Positions 36,901 through 49,349 of a DNA stretch of 64,000 nucleotides are shown here, piece after piece. The notes below the pieces were generated by a model. The model ran no database searches, was not told where the DNA came from, and was given only the letters and a program-made list of their open reading frames with translations. The stretch is from Leucoraja erinacea (Eukaryota), in assembly GCF_028641065.1 (NCBI RefSeq), contig NC_073379.1:16988001-17052000 (forward strand), read 5' to 3'. The position numbers and the translations under genes were made by a program. Numbering within the stretch: position 1 is the first letter of the stretch; the number at the start of each line of letters is the position of its first letter.

Positions 36901-37994
36901 ACCCATCTGTGAGGAGTTGACACCTCACTGTACCAAGTGGCTTCTGTTGCCCTGAATGGAAAGTTCTGTATGAAGCTGCGTTCAGTTGTTTTTCCCGATA
37001 CTTGATCATTTTTCGTCTTTCGCAATAATGGTGAAGCATTTCGACACGGGTCATTCGGTCTCGGAGAAAACCCACGCAGGTCACGGGGAGAACGTACAAA
37101 CTCCATACAGACATCACCCGTAGTCAGGATCAAACCTGGGGTCTCCGGCGCTGTGAGGCAGCAACTCTACCGCTGCGCCACCGTGCTTCAAAATTGGTGG
37201 TTAATTGGCCTCTGTAATATTGCCTCTAGCATTTTTGGGAGTGGATGAGACAATGAGATAACATAGAACTCGCGTGACGGTGATGGATGGTCAGTGTGGA
37301 AACAGTGAGCCAACGGGACTGTTTTCACACTGTTTCTGTAGAAGTAACGATCTAAACGTTGTTTTACTTTTACAGATACAGTGTAAAAGTAACACTGTAT
37401 GCTGGAGTAACTCAGTGGGTCAGACAAGGGAAGAAGAGAATCTTCCCTTCCCGATTCTCCCACCCATCCCAGCCACTGACTCTTGCTCCATCCACACCTT
37501 TCCAATTCCTTGCTCCCAACATCTTTCCAACTTGGGTAGTGCAGCGGTAGAGTTGCTGCCTCACAGCACCAGAGACTCGGGTTCAATCCTGACTCCGGGT
37601 GCTGTCTGTACGGAGTCTGTACGTTCTCCCGGTGACGTGCGTGGGTTTTCTCTAGGTACTCCGGTTTCCTCCCACACTCCAAAGACGCACCGGTCAATTG
37701 GCTTGGTGTAATTGTAAATTGACCCAAGTGTGTGTAGGATAGCGTTAGTGAGTGGGATCGCTGATCGGCGTGGACTCAGTGGGCTAAAGGATCTGTTTTC
37801 GCGCTGTATCTCCAAGCTAAACAAAACAAAACGTCCCCTTCCCAATTGAGAAAGAATACGTAATTTTTCATCTGGGCATGTGGCAGCTGCAGGACTTGAT
37901 ACAAAAGGACAAAACACCAAAAGAAAATCTTTTCACTGTACCTCAGTACACGGGACAATATTCTAATCTAAACAAAACTACTAAACTCTCCAAA

Positions 37995-38830
37995 TTCAGA
38001 TTCAAGATTCAAGATTCAATTTAATTGTCATTTGGACCCCTTGAGGTCCAAACGAAATGTCGTTTCTGCAGCCGTACATTACAAACAAATAGACCCAAGA
38101 CACAACATAATTTACATAAACATCCATCACATTGCTGTGATGGAAGGCCAAAAAAACTTATCTCTCCACTGCACTCTCCCCCCCCCCCGATGTCAGAGTC
38201 AAAGTCAAAGCCCCCGGCTGGCGATGGCGATTGTCCCGCGGCCATTAAAGCCACGCCGGGTGGTGCGGGGTCGCACACCGGGTCTTGGTGTTAGAGCCCC
38301 CGGTGTGCGCTCGCAGAGTCCCGCGGCCATTCCAAGCCGCGCGGGGCGGTGCTGTCAGGCCCCGCTCCAGGAGCTCTTCGACCCCACAACTCGGGCGGGA
38401 GAAGTCGCCGTTGCGAGAGCCCTGAAAAGCGGTCTCCCTCCAGGGACCCGCGGGCTCCCGGTGCCGCCGTCCGCCAGACCCGCAGTTGCAGCCTCCGAAT
38501 CTCCGGAGGTCGGGCCGCAGCAGCAGCAGCAGCGCTCCACCACCGCTCCACCCGCTCCGGACTCGGCCAGCTCCGCGACGGTGAGGTGAGTCGTCGGCAC
38601 CAGAGTCCCCGGTCTTCTCCTGTTGGAGGCCGCTCCTCGTTGCAGCCCCAACGACAACGGAGACCCGACAAAGAAAAGGTCGGGTCTCCCGTGCAGGGAG
38701 AGATTCAAAAGTTACCCCCTCCCTCCCACACACACACACCCCAACAAAAAATAACAAAAACTACATAAAAACATAAAAACGCGGACGGGGTGCAGAGGCC
38801 GCTGCTGACGAGAGTCGCGCGGCCTACCGG
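37995..38830 (-). mobile_element. GC-rich non-autonomous retroposon (probable LINE deletion derivative)
   Basis: CpG-rich body, LINE-like 3' end (gacaattaaa) and (TTGAATC)n tail at 37997-38020; no recognisable domain. Confidence 0.5.
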
Positions 38831-39989
38831 ATGCTGATCATGAGATGAGATGAACTCATTCTCTCATGTTTACTGCTTGTATCAGTCATTTTTAGTTTTT
38901 AGTTCAGTTGAGATACAGCGCGGAAACACGCCCTTCAGCCCACCGTGTCCGCGACGACCAGCGATCCCCACACATTAACACCATCCTACACTCACTAGGA
39001 ACCATTTTTACATTTACCAAGCCAATTAAGTAAGTAAGTACGTTTATTGGCAAAGCATTCACATACAAGAAATTTGCCTATCTGTCCCACAAGTAACAAC
39101 ATGACATACTCGGGAAGATTTTTTAATAATAATTTATTTAACGATAAATCACCATTGATCAAGCATGCAAATCAACCAGATCAAAGGGAGGCTACAGATT
39201 TTTGGCTGTTGAGTAGAGCAACTACTCGTGGATGAAAACTGTTTTTATGTCTGGCTGTGGCAGCTTTGACAGTCTGAAGTCGCCTTACAGAGGGAAGTGA
39301 TTCAAAGAGTTTGTGGCCAGGGTGAGAGGGGTCAGAGATGATCTTGCCCGCTCGCTTCCTGGCCCTTGCACCTTGTACAGTTCATCAACGGAGGGAAGGT
39401 TGCAGCCAATAATCTTCTCTGCTGATCGGACGATTCGCTGCAGCCTCCAGGTGTCGTGCTTGGTGGCTGAGCCAAACCAGATCATGATGGAGAAGGTGAG
39501 AACAGGCCGTGAGCTACGAATCATTGCCTGCCTTGTGCTGCCGCAGGACTATCCTTTTGCCTTTTCGTGCGACTTTTTTCCTCATCCCCCAGTCATGCAC
39601 TGAATAGGAGACAACGATCCCGACTTACCTGATTGGCCCTGTCTGGTACTAGGCAAGTCGTGTGTAAAGAAAGTCGAAAGCAAAATTGGCATCATCATTG
39701 GCATAAACACAGTTGGAGTTTGAAGAAATTCAGTCAAACGCAGTCGAAATGTTTCCGGGGCAAAAGCTTTCATGTATATTGTATTTTTTAATCCTTTTTT
39801 TTGTCCCTTCAAATGAATGAATTCAACAGCACACGAGTTCAATAAACATATCTATCTGTCCCACCTCTCGGGAAGATTTTTTATTCTTTTCGGGAAAATG
39901 ACAAATGGATTTCAAGATGGAATGCACTGTGCTTCAATGTATCCGTGTAAACTCAGGCAAAACACGCTATCATCTGCTTTGATCAGTAA

Positions 39990-40281
39990 AGGGCCTGTCC
40001 CACTTTCCCCGAGTCCTCTGCCGAAAGGACATTAAAAAAAAATCAAGATTTTTGTGATCTACGAACTCCTCCTCCTGACTATCTTTTACTCGTGGGCTTT
40101 TTTGTCATGCTGAAAAGAATGTCCCGACTTACCTGATGCCCTGAGTACCTACGGCTGGCAGAACGAGCCGCTACGATATATCTACGGACTCATACGGCCT
40201 CCTACGGACTCGCTACGGACATTCTCCGAGTTTGAATCAAGGGAGAATTTGTGAGTAACTCAGGAAAGTGGTGCAGGCCCT
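39990..40281. mobile_element. PIF/Harbinger-type MITE
   Basis: TIRs AGGGCCTGTCCCACTTTCC / GGAAAGTGGTGCAGGCCCT; TAA and TTA flanks. Confidence 0.75.
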
Positions 40282-40317
40282 TTAGGGTGTTGGGGGTTAT
40301 GTGGAGAAGGGGGAAGA

Positions 40318-40375
40318 AGAGAGGGAGAGGGAGAGGGAGAGGGAGAGGGAGAGGGAGAGGGAGAGGGAGAGAGAG
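40318..40375. repeat. (GAGAGG)n microsatellite
   Basis: Directly visible. Confidence 0.95.
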
Positions 40376-40726
40376 ATCAGCCATGATTGAACGGCGGAGT
40401 AGACTTGATGGGCCGAATGCCTTAACCTACAAACCTGCATGTGTTTGGAGTGTGGGAGGAAACCGGAACACCCAGAGAAAACCCACATGGTCACAGGGGG
40501 AACGTACAAATTCCGTGCAGACAACACCCGTAGTCAGGATCGAACCCGAGATCGAGTGAACCCATGACTTATGAACGGAGCTGCATTTCATAAAATGAGA
40601 CACAAAATGCTGGAGTAACTCGGCGAGACAGCAGCATGACCCTCTAAGTTACTCCAGCATTTTGTGTCTATCTCTGGTGTAAACCAGCATCTGCAGTTGC
40701 TTCCCACACACTCTCTTAAAAGTTAC

Positions 40727-40879
40727 CTGGTTAAGTGTGAGCTGAGTGTGAGACACCAGATTATCATTCAGTAACCTCTTCTCATTCTCATCCATTTCTG
40801 CCAGGATTTCTCGTTCCTCCATTTCACGCTGCTTCTGTTGTGCCTCGCGGCGCTGTCTGTAGTCCTTCAGCTGATCAAA
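40727..40879 (-). CDS. CCDC17-like exon 2
   Basis: FDQLKDYRQRREAQQKQREMEEREILAEMDENEKRLL...NQ. Perfect TACTAAC branch point, pyrimidine tract and cag|; donor CAG|gtaact; phase 0-0. Confidence 0.78.
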
Positions 40880-41135
40880 CTGTTGTTAAAGGAAGAAAGT
40901 TAGTATTGGTATCAGTTCCATATTGTCATGTGTACCGCAATACTGTCAGCAATTTTGTTTAGGTTTCGGTTTATTTTTGTTGTGCGTACTGGGGGTAAAG
41001 TGAAAAGCTTTGCTTTGCACGCTGTCCAATTCGATGAGTTAGTACTGTACGTAAACATAACCACATCAAACCCAAGTACAATAGGAAGAGCAAAGGAAGA
41101 GATATGGAGTACAGAAGACAGTTCTCCGCATTGTA

Positions 41136-41307
41136 CTCACACACACACACACTCATGCACTCACTCACTCACACACACACACACACATACACTCATTCAT
41201 ACACACACTCACTCAATCACACACACTCATTCACACACACTCATACACTCACACACTCTCCCTCACACACTCACTCAATCACACTCACTCACACACATTC
41301 ACTCATT
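41136..41307. repeat. Imperfect (CA)/(CACT) microsatellite abutting the gap
   Basis: Directly visible. Confidence 0.95.
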
Positions 41308-41473
41308 NNNNNNNNNNNNNNNNNNNNNNNNNNNNNNNNNNNNNNNNNNNNNNNNNNNNNNNNNNNNNNNNNNNNNNNNNNNNNNNNNNNNNNNNNNNNN
41401 NNNNNNNNNNNNNNNNNNNNNNNNNNNNNNNNNNNNNNNNNNNNNNNNNNNNNNNNNNNNNNNNNNNNNNNNN
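41308..41473. other. Assembly gap (166 N)
   Basis: Run of N. Confidence 0.99.
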
Positions 41474-42623
41474 CTGTAGTGCAACAATTCCATAGACAAA
41501 GTCCAATGTCCACAATGGGATAGAGGTCAATTGGACAGCACCAGAGCTTGGTTTGTATGCAGTCCAGTCAAATAATGCCGTGCTAGAATACAATCATGCT
41601 AGACACAAACATGTGTAACAGGTAGTGCAGAGAGAAAAATAAACCTTACAGAGGTTCAGTGCTCAGAATTGCAAGGCTTGGAATGCCAGAACCAGATGTA
41701 ATACTGTTAAGAATTGGCCTTTACCTTAAGAACAGTGGAATAGGACAGCAGGTTTATTGTAGACAAAATGGTGCTGGTGTGCATAGCAAATACAAATTAA
41801 GCTACATTTATCAACAATTCTTTCCATCCAGCTACACCAATGGTACTTTATTGTCATGTGTATCTGGGTAGTGAATTCTTGTTTTTGCATACAGTTCTGT
41901 GACAATCCTTCTATACATTAGACACAACCATGCTAAATATAAGTGTGTAAGATTGTAGTCCATACTCATTCGCTCGTGTGTTAAACGATGTGTAGCTCGC
42001 TGTTGGCTTCTGTCGTCGTCCAACATGTTGACAGAATTGGTCGCTCGACGCAATTGTCACATGTGTCGTCGTTTCCGGGGATCACCACGAGGAGGCTTCT
42101 GTCACGATTCCCGTAGTCCATACTAAGTCTGCGCGAGAGGGCATCACAGTGGCACAGCGGTAGAATTGCTGCCTTACAGCAGAGGCACGGGTTTGATCCT
42201 GACTACAGGTGCTGTCTGTACGGAGTTTGTACGTTCTCCCTGTGAACGCGTGGGTTTTCTCCGGGTGCTCTGGTTTCCTCCCACATTCCAAAGATGTGCA
42301 GGTTAATCTGCTTGTGTGAATTGTCCCTCGTGCGTGGGGTGCAACTAGTGTACGGGTGATCGTTGGTCGACATGGACCCGGTGCTGTTTCTCTAAACTAA
42401 ACTAAATTACACGAGTCGCCATGTTTTAGGCGCCATCTTGTAACCTTCAGGTCTGATTTTTTTTTAAATGTTAGTCTTAACTCGGCCAAAAAGGTCCGTT
42501 GTTTTATCAGTGGCATTGGGTCGGTGCGGCAATGGGTTGATAGTGATGGGAAGACCTGGAAAGGAGGTGGGGGTGGGACAAAGCCTAGCAAGTTGCTGGA
42601 CAGAGTGTGCACCTATTAATGTC

Positions 42624-42892
42624 TGGGCGCCAGATAGCACAATGGGCTAAGAGTTCGGCTGGCGACCGGAAGGTAGCCGGTTCAAATCCCGCTTGGAGTG
42701 CATACTGTCGTTGTGTCCTTGGGCAAGACACTTCACCCACCTTTGCCTGTAATGGAATGTAATTACGGCGGCAGGCGCGGGCACACCGCAACGCCCTGTG
42801 TCTCCCTTTCAAGGGAGATGCTAAAAATGCATTTCGTTGTCTCTGTACTGTACACTGACAATGACAATAAATTGAATCATTTCATTTCATTT
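42624..42892 (+). mobile_element. tRNA-derived CORE-type (AFC-like) SINE
   Basis: tRNA-like head (B box GGTTCAAATCC), CORE motif GTGTCCTTGGGCAAGACACTTCACCC, gacaataaa + (TTTCA)n tail; 8-bp TSD TTAATGTC (42616-42623, 42893-42900). Confidence 0.8.
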
Positions 42893-44110
42893 TTAATGTC
42901 CTTCAGAGATGCTGCCTGACCTGCTGAGTTACTCCAGCACCGAGGGCCCATATCCCTCTAAACCTGTCCTATCCATGTATCTGTCTAAATGTTTCATAAA
43001 CATTGGGATAGTCCCTGCCTCAACTTCCTCAACTAATATTCCTGATTTTCGGGGAATCCAGAACCAGTTTAAGAATAAGGGGTAGGCCATTTAGGACGGA
43101 GATAAGAAAAACGTTTTCACCCAGAGAGTTGTGAATCTGTGGAATTCTCTACCACAGTAGGCAGAAGAGGCCAATTTACTGGATGTATTCTAGAAAGAGT
43201 TGGATGTGGCTCTCAGGGCTAACAGAATCAAGGGATATGGGGAGAAAGCAGGAACGGGGTACTGATTATGGATAATCAGCCATGATCACATTGAATGGCG
43301 GTGCTGGCTCAAAGGGCCGAATAGCCCACTCCTGCACCTATTTTCTATGTTTCTAGGTTGATCTCTTCTGGCAGCTCGTTCCATACACCTACCACCATTT
43401 TTTAATTTCTTGGACAGCCTTTTTGAGCCAACACTTCTTTCTGCCTTTTAGTTGCATGCTGGAAAGTAATTATTCAGAGATCTCTTCTATTCCGACTAAA
43501 AACAAAACGTATCTTAAACTTTTGGATTCCCGAAAACATCCGACAAGATGAGTTGAGTATCTGGGTAAATAAAGGTCGATGTCGCTTTATTTACTAATTC
43601 GCCAGTCCATGGCAACCAGCCTTTCTCCAAACGCTGTACCCACACACACATCGAGGAGCTGCAGTAAACATTCGGTTTTGTTGCTGGGTTTCAGAGTGTA
43701 GGCATTCAAGACACAGCCCTGCGACAGCATACAGTGAAGTGCAGAAACTTACAACTAAACTAACGCCTGCAATAAGTTCCAGGCCAAAACAAAAATTAAT
43801 CTGGGGGACAATTAAAATACTACAAAAGGGGGAGTATAAATCACAAGAGAAACGTTCTGTGTCACATTCTGTTGTTTAATTGTCCTAACCAAATGGAGCA
43901 GTGAACTTCTGTGTTTAAGAATCAACATTGCACTTGCCGAAGCAGGGGGAACTTGCAGCGAGGAAATTCGCGTTGCTGTTAATGCTAGCACTAACTCCCA
44001 GCAACAGTGGGGAGAGATCAGGGCGCATTGCTGTTATTGGACATGCAATGTGCTGTTATATATGTTTTTTAAAGACACGTTATAAACATTTAACACGATT
44101 TATCACTTGC

Positions 44111-44248
44111 CACGTTTTCTGTGGTTTTAGTCATCAGTCCTCTTCCGATCTCGGTTCCAATGCAAAACTTCTCCTGGTGTTTCTGCAACAGGTTAGGGGA
44201 TTTAAAGGTCATATTGCAGCTCGAACACCTCAGGTACCTCGGCGTCAT
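44111..44248 (-). CDS. CCDC17-like first coding exon (C2H2/C2HC-like N-terminal motif)
   Basis: MTPRYLRCSSCNMTFKSPNLLQKHQEKFCIG resembles the CCDC17 N-terminus [24 protein letters not shown]. Donor uncertain (GTG|gcaagt or AAC|gtggca). Confidence 0.75.
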
Positions 44249-44724
44249 CTTGAGTGAAATGGCAACGGAGTCGGGCTGGGCGCTGGCACTTGAGTGAGCA
44301 GCGCCTGCTAACGGCCGCCGTGGGCTGTGCGGGCTCGAAGCACCAACCAACTCCCCCATGCATTCTGGAGCGCAAAAAGCATCGTTGCAAATGTATGCCG
44401 TCGCTGTTGTTCTGTGAGCACCGGGTGCCCACACAGCAATGGATTGGGATTGGCGAGGGAAAAGGTGAGAGTGGAAACAAAGAACTGCGGACGCTGGTTC
44501 ATACACAAAAAGGACACAGAGTGCTGGAGGAACTCAGCGGGTCAGGCAGCATCTCTGGAGAACTTTGGTGGCGCAGCGGCAGAGTCCCAGATCTATACAG
44601 AGTTTGTACATTCTCCCCGAGACCTGCGTGGGTTTTCTCCGAGATCTCCGGTTTCCTCCCACATTCCAAAGACGTACATGTTTGAAGGTAGATAAAAATG
44701 CTGGAGAAACTCGGCAGGTCAGGC

Positions 44725-45165
44725 ATCATATAACAATATAACCATATAACAATTACAGCACGGAAACAGGCCATCTCGACCCTTCTAGTGCGGAACACAT
44801 AATCTCCCCTAGTCCCATATACCTGTGCTCAGACCATAACCCTCCATTCCCTTCCCGTCCATATAACTATCCAATTTATATTTAAATGATAAAAACGAAC
44901 CTGCCTCCACCACCTTCACTGGAAGCTCATTCCACACAGCCACCACTCTCTGAGTAAAGAAGTTCCCCCTCATGTTGCCCCTAAACTTCTGTCCCTTAAT
45001 TCTCAAGTCATGTCCCCTTGTTTGAATCTTCCCTACTCTCAGTGGGAAAAGCTTTTCCACGTCAACTCTGTCTATCCCTCTCATCATTTTAAAAACCTCT
45101 ATCAAGGCCCCCCCTTAACCTTCTGCGCTCCAAAGAATAAAGCCCTAACTTGTTCAACCTTTATG
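44725..45165 (-). mobile_element. Young CR1/HER1-type LINE 3' fragment
   Basis: Open frame IEVFKMMRGIDRVD...TRGHDLRI...FFTQRVVAVWNELP; short-repeat tail. Confidence 0.85.
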
Positions 45166-45669
45166 TTCAACCATCTATGGAGCGAAAGGGTTTCGGCCCG
45201 AAACGTTGCCTATTTCCTTCGCTCCATAGATGCTGCCTCACCTGCTGAGTTTCTCCAGCATTTTTGTCTACCTTCGATTTTCCAGCATCTGCAGTTACTT
45301 CTTAAACATGTTTGTAGGTTAATTCGTTGGCTTGGTAAACTGTCCCTAGTGTGTGTGGGATAGTGTTAATATGCGGGGATTGCTGGTCGGTGTGGACTCG
45401 GTGGGCCGAAGGGCCTGTTTCCGCGCTGTATCTCGAAACTAAACTAAACAAGAAACTTGAGACTGAAGAAGGGTCTCGACAGGAAACATCATAGTTTCTC
45501 CAGAGATGCTGCCTTACCTGCGGAGTTCCTCACATGGCCTTGTGTTAAAATAGTGAGGATGATTTATCCTTTCGATATTTAAAGTCCGAATCCAATCTAA
45601 GATCTAGGCGGATTGGATTGGATTTCTCCTGGAGCAGCTCTCTGTATGGAGAATTAATGGTCACCAATG

Positions 45670-45739
45670 TGGAGATGCCGGGATTGAACCAGGGCCTCAT
45701 ACATGCAAAGCTTGCGCTTTCCCGCTGAGCTACATCCCC
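45670..45739 (-). tRNA. tRNA-Ala(TGC), probable pseudogene
   Basis: GGGGATGTAGCTCAGCGGGAAAGCGCAAGCTTTGCATGTATGAGGCCCTGGTTCAATCCCGGCATCTCCA closely matches vertebrate tRNA-Ala-TGC. It is only 70 nt, has a shortened T-stem, D-arm and anticodon-stem mismatches, and no oligo-T terminator. Confidence 0.8.
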
Positions 45740-45842
45740 GTCTAGAACAAGGTCCCGCAAGCAACAAATTAACACCAGGATCTGCAAATTTCACGCTGGC
45801 ACCATTGAATAGGGGAATTCATATTGTATACATACTACATAC

Positions 45843-46271
45843 ACAGTGGGCAGGTGCTATAGACCTGCACGGGAAGATAGACGCTCCTGCCCCCATGGGT
45901 CTCGGGCAGATGGGGCTCGTCAGCCTGGGAAGTCAGTCCATCTAGGAGAGGGAAAACTCTGATTTAAAACCTCCACTGCCTTGTGGCCATATCCAGTTCT
46001 GGAAAAGGCTTCTGGAGTAAACCTAATGAAAATCCGGAGTCGGAGCCCCTAAGGCAGTTCGTGGTTGTCGACAAACTCGCTCTGGCAACTCCTGCTACAG
46101 CGCTGGTGCTAAACTGTAACGGCCCGGCTTTTCGTTTGGATCAATCAGCGATGTGGAGAGGGGTGACATGCTGCATGGGCAACATTCTGCCTTCCATATG
46201 ACATCGCCCAGGCTGGCATCCGACAAAGTAGGATGCATCACCCATGGTCAGTCATGACCGAGGGGGGGGAC
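45843..46271 (+). mobile_element. Non-autonomous RTE-related retroposon
   Basis: RTE-like 5' motif ctaggagagggaaaactctga; 10-bp direct repeat TACTACATAC at 45833-45842 and 46272-46281 (probable TSD). Confidence 0.6.
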
Positions 46272-49200
46272 TACTACATACTAGAACACAAAGTCTGAAA
46301 AAGGGTCCCGACCCGAAACATTGCCTATCCATGTCCTTCAGACATGCTGCCCACCCCCGAAACGTCACCCATTCCTTCCCTCCGGAGATGTTGCCGGCCC
46401 CCACTGAGTTACTCCAACATTTTGTGTCTATCTTCAGTGTAAACCAGCATCTGCAGTTCCTTCCTACACATTACGTCTGCTGCCTGATCTGTTGAGTTAC
46501 TCCAGCACTTGGTGTTCTGGATTTTAGCAACCACAGTTCCTTGTGTCTCCACTGCAAAACAAACACACGCTCTTCAATGTGTCCAGGCACTTCAAATACA
46601 AATTGCTTTCAGAGAAAACTACCCGGATGCCCCAGAGTCTTTCACATCTGTCTTTCGATTCTGATGTAGAATCCCAACCCAAAATGTCACCTGTCCATTC
46701 CCTCCACAGATGCTGCCTGACCTGCTGAGTTAATCCAGCACCTTTCAGTTTTGCTCAAGATTCCAGCATCTGCAGTTCTATGTTTTGCATCCGACAGATT
46801 AGGACTTCAAATTTAGGTGTCGTCATCAACTTAAGGACGCTTAATATTGATGTGACAACACCCAGATCATTTGTTTTATATGTTGATCGAAGGCTTAGTG
46901 TTGGCTTGGTCACTGGAAAGAACACCTGGTCTTCTGCTAAATGCATCTGAAAGATAGCACATGTGGCACTGAATGATATGTGCTTAATTATAAAGGGAAT
47001 CTGTGGAATTCTCTGCCACAGAAGGCAGTGGAGGGCCAATTCACTGGATGTTTTCAAGAAGGAGTTAGATTTAGCTCTTAGGGCTAATGAAATCAAGGGA
47101 TGAGGGGAAAAAGCAGGAACGGGGTACTAATTTTGGATGATCAGCCATGATCATATTGAATGGCCGTGCTGTCTCGAAGGACCGAATGGCCCACTCCTGC
47201 ACCTATTATCTATGTTCCTATAACACAAGTCTCTGTAGTCTGCGTGACTTTGTTACCCAGAGGTAAAAGCATGGCTTACTTATAGTATGAAGATAGACAC
47301 AAAAAGCTGGAGTAACTCAGCGGGACAGGCAGCATCTCTGGAGAGAAAGAATTGGTGACGTTTCGGGTTGAGACCGTTCTTAGTGTAGCTCCTTCCTTGT
47401 AAAACGAAAAAAGAAGCAGGGGATGTAAAAGATTCTAAATAACCGTTGTTTAGTTTAGTTTATCATTATCACGTCTTCCAGGATACAGTGAAAAGCTTTT
47501 TTATGGCATACTATCATGTCAGCAGAAATACTATACATGATTACAATCTGCCATGCACAGTGTAGTTACATTACAAAGGGAATAACATTTAATGCAATAT
47601 AAAGTCCAGTAGAGTCCAATTAAAGACTTTGATGGTCTCCAATGGGTTAGATAGGTCAGGACCGCTCTCGAGTCGGTGATAGAATGGTTCAGTTGCCTGA
47701 TAACAGCGGGGAAGAAACTATCCCTGAATTTGGAGGTGTGCATTTTCACACTTCTATACCTGATGGGAGAAAGGAGAAGAGGAAGTGGCCAGGATGTGAC
47801 TCGTCCTTGATTATGCTGCTGGCCTTGCCGAGGTATAAATGGAGTCAATAGATGGGAGGTTGGTTTGTGTGATGGCCTGGGCTGCGTCCACAATTGGCTG
47901 CAAATTCTTGCAGTCGTGGATGAACCTGTTCCCGGGATACCTTGTACCTTCCGAAGAGTACACCAGACAATTTTTAAAAAACATTTTTACCAAGCCAATT
48001 AACCTACAAACCTGGAAGTCTTTGGAATGTGGGAGGAAACCGAAGATCTCGGAGAAAACCCGCGCAGGTCACGGGGAGAACGTTCAAACTCCGTACAGAC
48101 AGCACCCATAGTTAGGATCGAACCCGGGTCTCCGGTGCTGCATTTTGCTGTAAAGGCAGCAACTCTACCGCTGCGCCACCGTGACTGCCCACCAATACTG
48201 TGTCAGTTCTGGTCACCATATGACTGGAGAGATGTGATCACACAAGAGGGGGGGTGAACAACTTACAAGTTCCCAGGACAGGACTAGAGGATGCATTGAG
48301 GAACTGGAGCAGTTTTCCTTAGAACAGAGGAGGATGAGGTATGGTTTGATTCAGGTAAAGTACCAGGGACCATGATAAGTGTAATTCAACCTCAGCACTC
48401 CAGTAGGTACAAGAGCCTGAAAAATGTAATCCAGGTTTAGGAGCAACTTCTTCCCAACAGTCATCAGGCTATTAAATATTACAACCTCCAAATAAGCTCC
48501 AAACTACATAAATTTGGGGACATTGTTTTTGTCTTTGTACTATTATTATTGTTTTTTCTCCCCCATATATACTGAACTTAATATTTTGCTGGTTATTATG
48601 GCAATTTCAGAGTATTTAGTTTAGTTTAGAGATGCAGATGGAAACTGGACCTTCAGCCCACCGAGTCCGCGCTAACCTATGATGACCCTTTACACTCGTT
48701 CCATGTTATCCCAGTTTCACATCCTACACACCAAGGGCAATTTACGGAAGACAATAATCTACAAACCTGCACGTGTTTGGAACTTGGGAGGAAGCCAAAG
48801 CACCCAGAGAAAACCCGGGCGGTCACATGGAGAACGTTCAAACGGACGCCGACAGCGCCCGTAGTCTGGACCGAGCTGGGGTCTTTGGCGCTGTAAAGCA
48901 GCAATTCTACCGCTGTGCCACCGTGCCGCCCACGTTGTGCTGCTGCAAGTAAGAATTTCATTGTTCTGTTTCAGGACAAATGACAATGAAACACTCACGA
49001 CGAGTCTTGAAAACCAATGGAAAGAAATGTGACGTAATTGATAGAGAGGAAATCATTCAGAGGAGTCTGAAACTCACTGCCGATTGGATGGGAAGAAGAA
49101 ACCCTCAGGCATGGATGTGACTGGGAGAAGTGATCCACTGGGCTATGGGACAAGTGCTAGAAGGTGGGATTAGTCTAGTGTCCTTTGCCCTTAATTTAGA

Positions 49201-49349
49201 CACATCATGTCAACTACTACATAACCCTGTAGTTGGTGTTCCATTACTTGCAGTAAATAATCTACCACAAAATTGTACATCATGCCCATCCACTTGAGGT
49301 GAACCCACCCAGTTGGCTTGGGTTACCAGTTGGAATAGTGAAAGCTATA

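Noticed and set aside
40251-40559. RG-repeat ORF
   Set aside because: Product of the (GAGAGG)n microsatellite plus SINE sequence.
40928-41593. His/Thr-rich ORFs
   Set aside because: Translation of a CA/CACT microsatellite and the N gap.
43753-43800. 48-nt in-frame candidate exon (INFCFGLELIAGVSLV) with cag| and |gtaagt
   Set aside because: T-rich composition, no resemblance to the family and a weak exonic donor context; cannot be supported without transcripts.
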